Assembly: GCF_006345805.1 (NCBI RefSeq)
Contig: NC_043001.1
Location: 62,558,001 to 62,622,000 of the forward strand
Reading direction: 5' to 3'
From: Octopus sinensis
Taxonomy: Eukaryota
DNA length: 64,000 nucleotides
A program made the translations under genes and the position numbers. How positions within the stretch are numbered: position 1 is the stretch's first letter; every line of letters starts with the position of its first letter. Below are positions 63,571 to 64,000 of the stretch, in pieces. Under the pieces are notes generated by a model. It did no database searches. It saw only the letters and a program-made list of their open reading frames with translations, and was not told the DNA's origin.

Positions 63571-64000
63571 ATGTATATATACCCGCTGGATTTTTCTCAG
63601 AAAAATATACCTATCCCTGCATGGAAACAATATCTCAAAGGTCTTATAGAGAAAACAGAAGAGTTTATTCGAAGATTGAGATGGAAAGCCTTCTTCTTTG
63701 ATAATAAACAGAAAATAGAAGGAAACAAATATGGATTTAAATCTCCCAGAAACCCGCCACCTATTCCGGAATTAGAAGCCTTCGAGAAAGACCTTTTCGA
63801 GCTTATTAGGAAAATTAAATTCCGCAAATATACCAACGAATTGCAGAAAAATATGAGAGAGAAAATTAAGGAGATTAACGACTCGAATAAGATCTTCGTT
63901 AATTCTGACAAGACAAGGAACTTATATGCACTTGATAAGGACGTTTATAAGCGCCTGATTTCGAATAGTGTCACAGACACATACAAAAAAGACAACATGA
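63571..64000 (+). CDS. Open reading frame of a Penelope-like retroelement (region upstream of the RT core), running off the window end
   Basis: Manual translation has no stop in 143 codons: MYIYPLDFSQKNIPIPAWKQYLKGLIEKTEEFIRRLRWKAFFF...YGFKSPRNPPPIPELEAFEKDLFELI...INDSNKIFVNSDKTRNLY. Matches the PLE pattern S.KNIP.P, RMRWKA.FF, YGFKS, ADKT.NLY. The ATG lies in the flanking microsatellite. Confidence 0.8.
   Translation, partial: MYIYPLDFSQKNIPIPAWKQYLKGLIEKTEEFIRRLRWKAFFFDNKQKIEGNKYGFKSPRNPPPIPELEAFEKDLFELIRKIKFRKYTNELQKNMREKIKEINDSNKIFVNSDKTRNLYALDKDVYKRLISNSVTDTYKKDNM

Overview
Eukaryotic, AT-rich, almost entirely repeat-derived DNA. The (TA)n/(ACAT)n microsatellites, tRNA-type SINEs and RTE LINEs with (GAT)n tails resemble an octopod cephalopod genome (inference from repeat style, not a database match). 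I cannot confidently identify a host protein-coding exon, rRNA or tRNA. Most short ORFs in the track are microsatellite translations or antisense frames of transposons. The window holds layered, mostly decayed mobile elements: seven RTE-clade LINE copies whose reverse transcriptase carries an inserted PHD-type (C4HC3) finger; four R4/Dong-like non-LTR fragments; several Penelope-like elements (PLEs), one with an open ORF running off the right edge; two Gypsy remnants; a Chapaev3-like transposase nested in a Gypsy gag; two piggyBac deletion derivatives plus a TTAA MITE; Tc1, mariner and maT-like transposons; many Helitron pieces, one complete and canonical; a MULE-like MITE; and CR1/L2-like LINE pieces. 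The most notable structure is RNA-level. Three distinct hammerhead-ribozyme-like families are present, including a ~320-nt tandem unit bounded by type I hammerhead motifs inside a long inverted repeat (50.76-51.38 kb) that resembles a non-LTR retrozyme or a PLE pseudo-LTR. Several long hairpins and fold-backs also occur. Most element boundaries are approximate unless a TSD or terminus is quoted.
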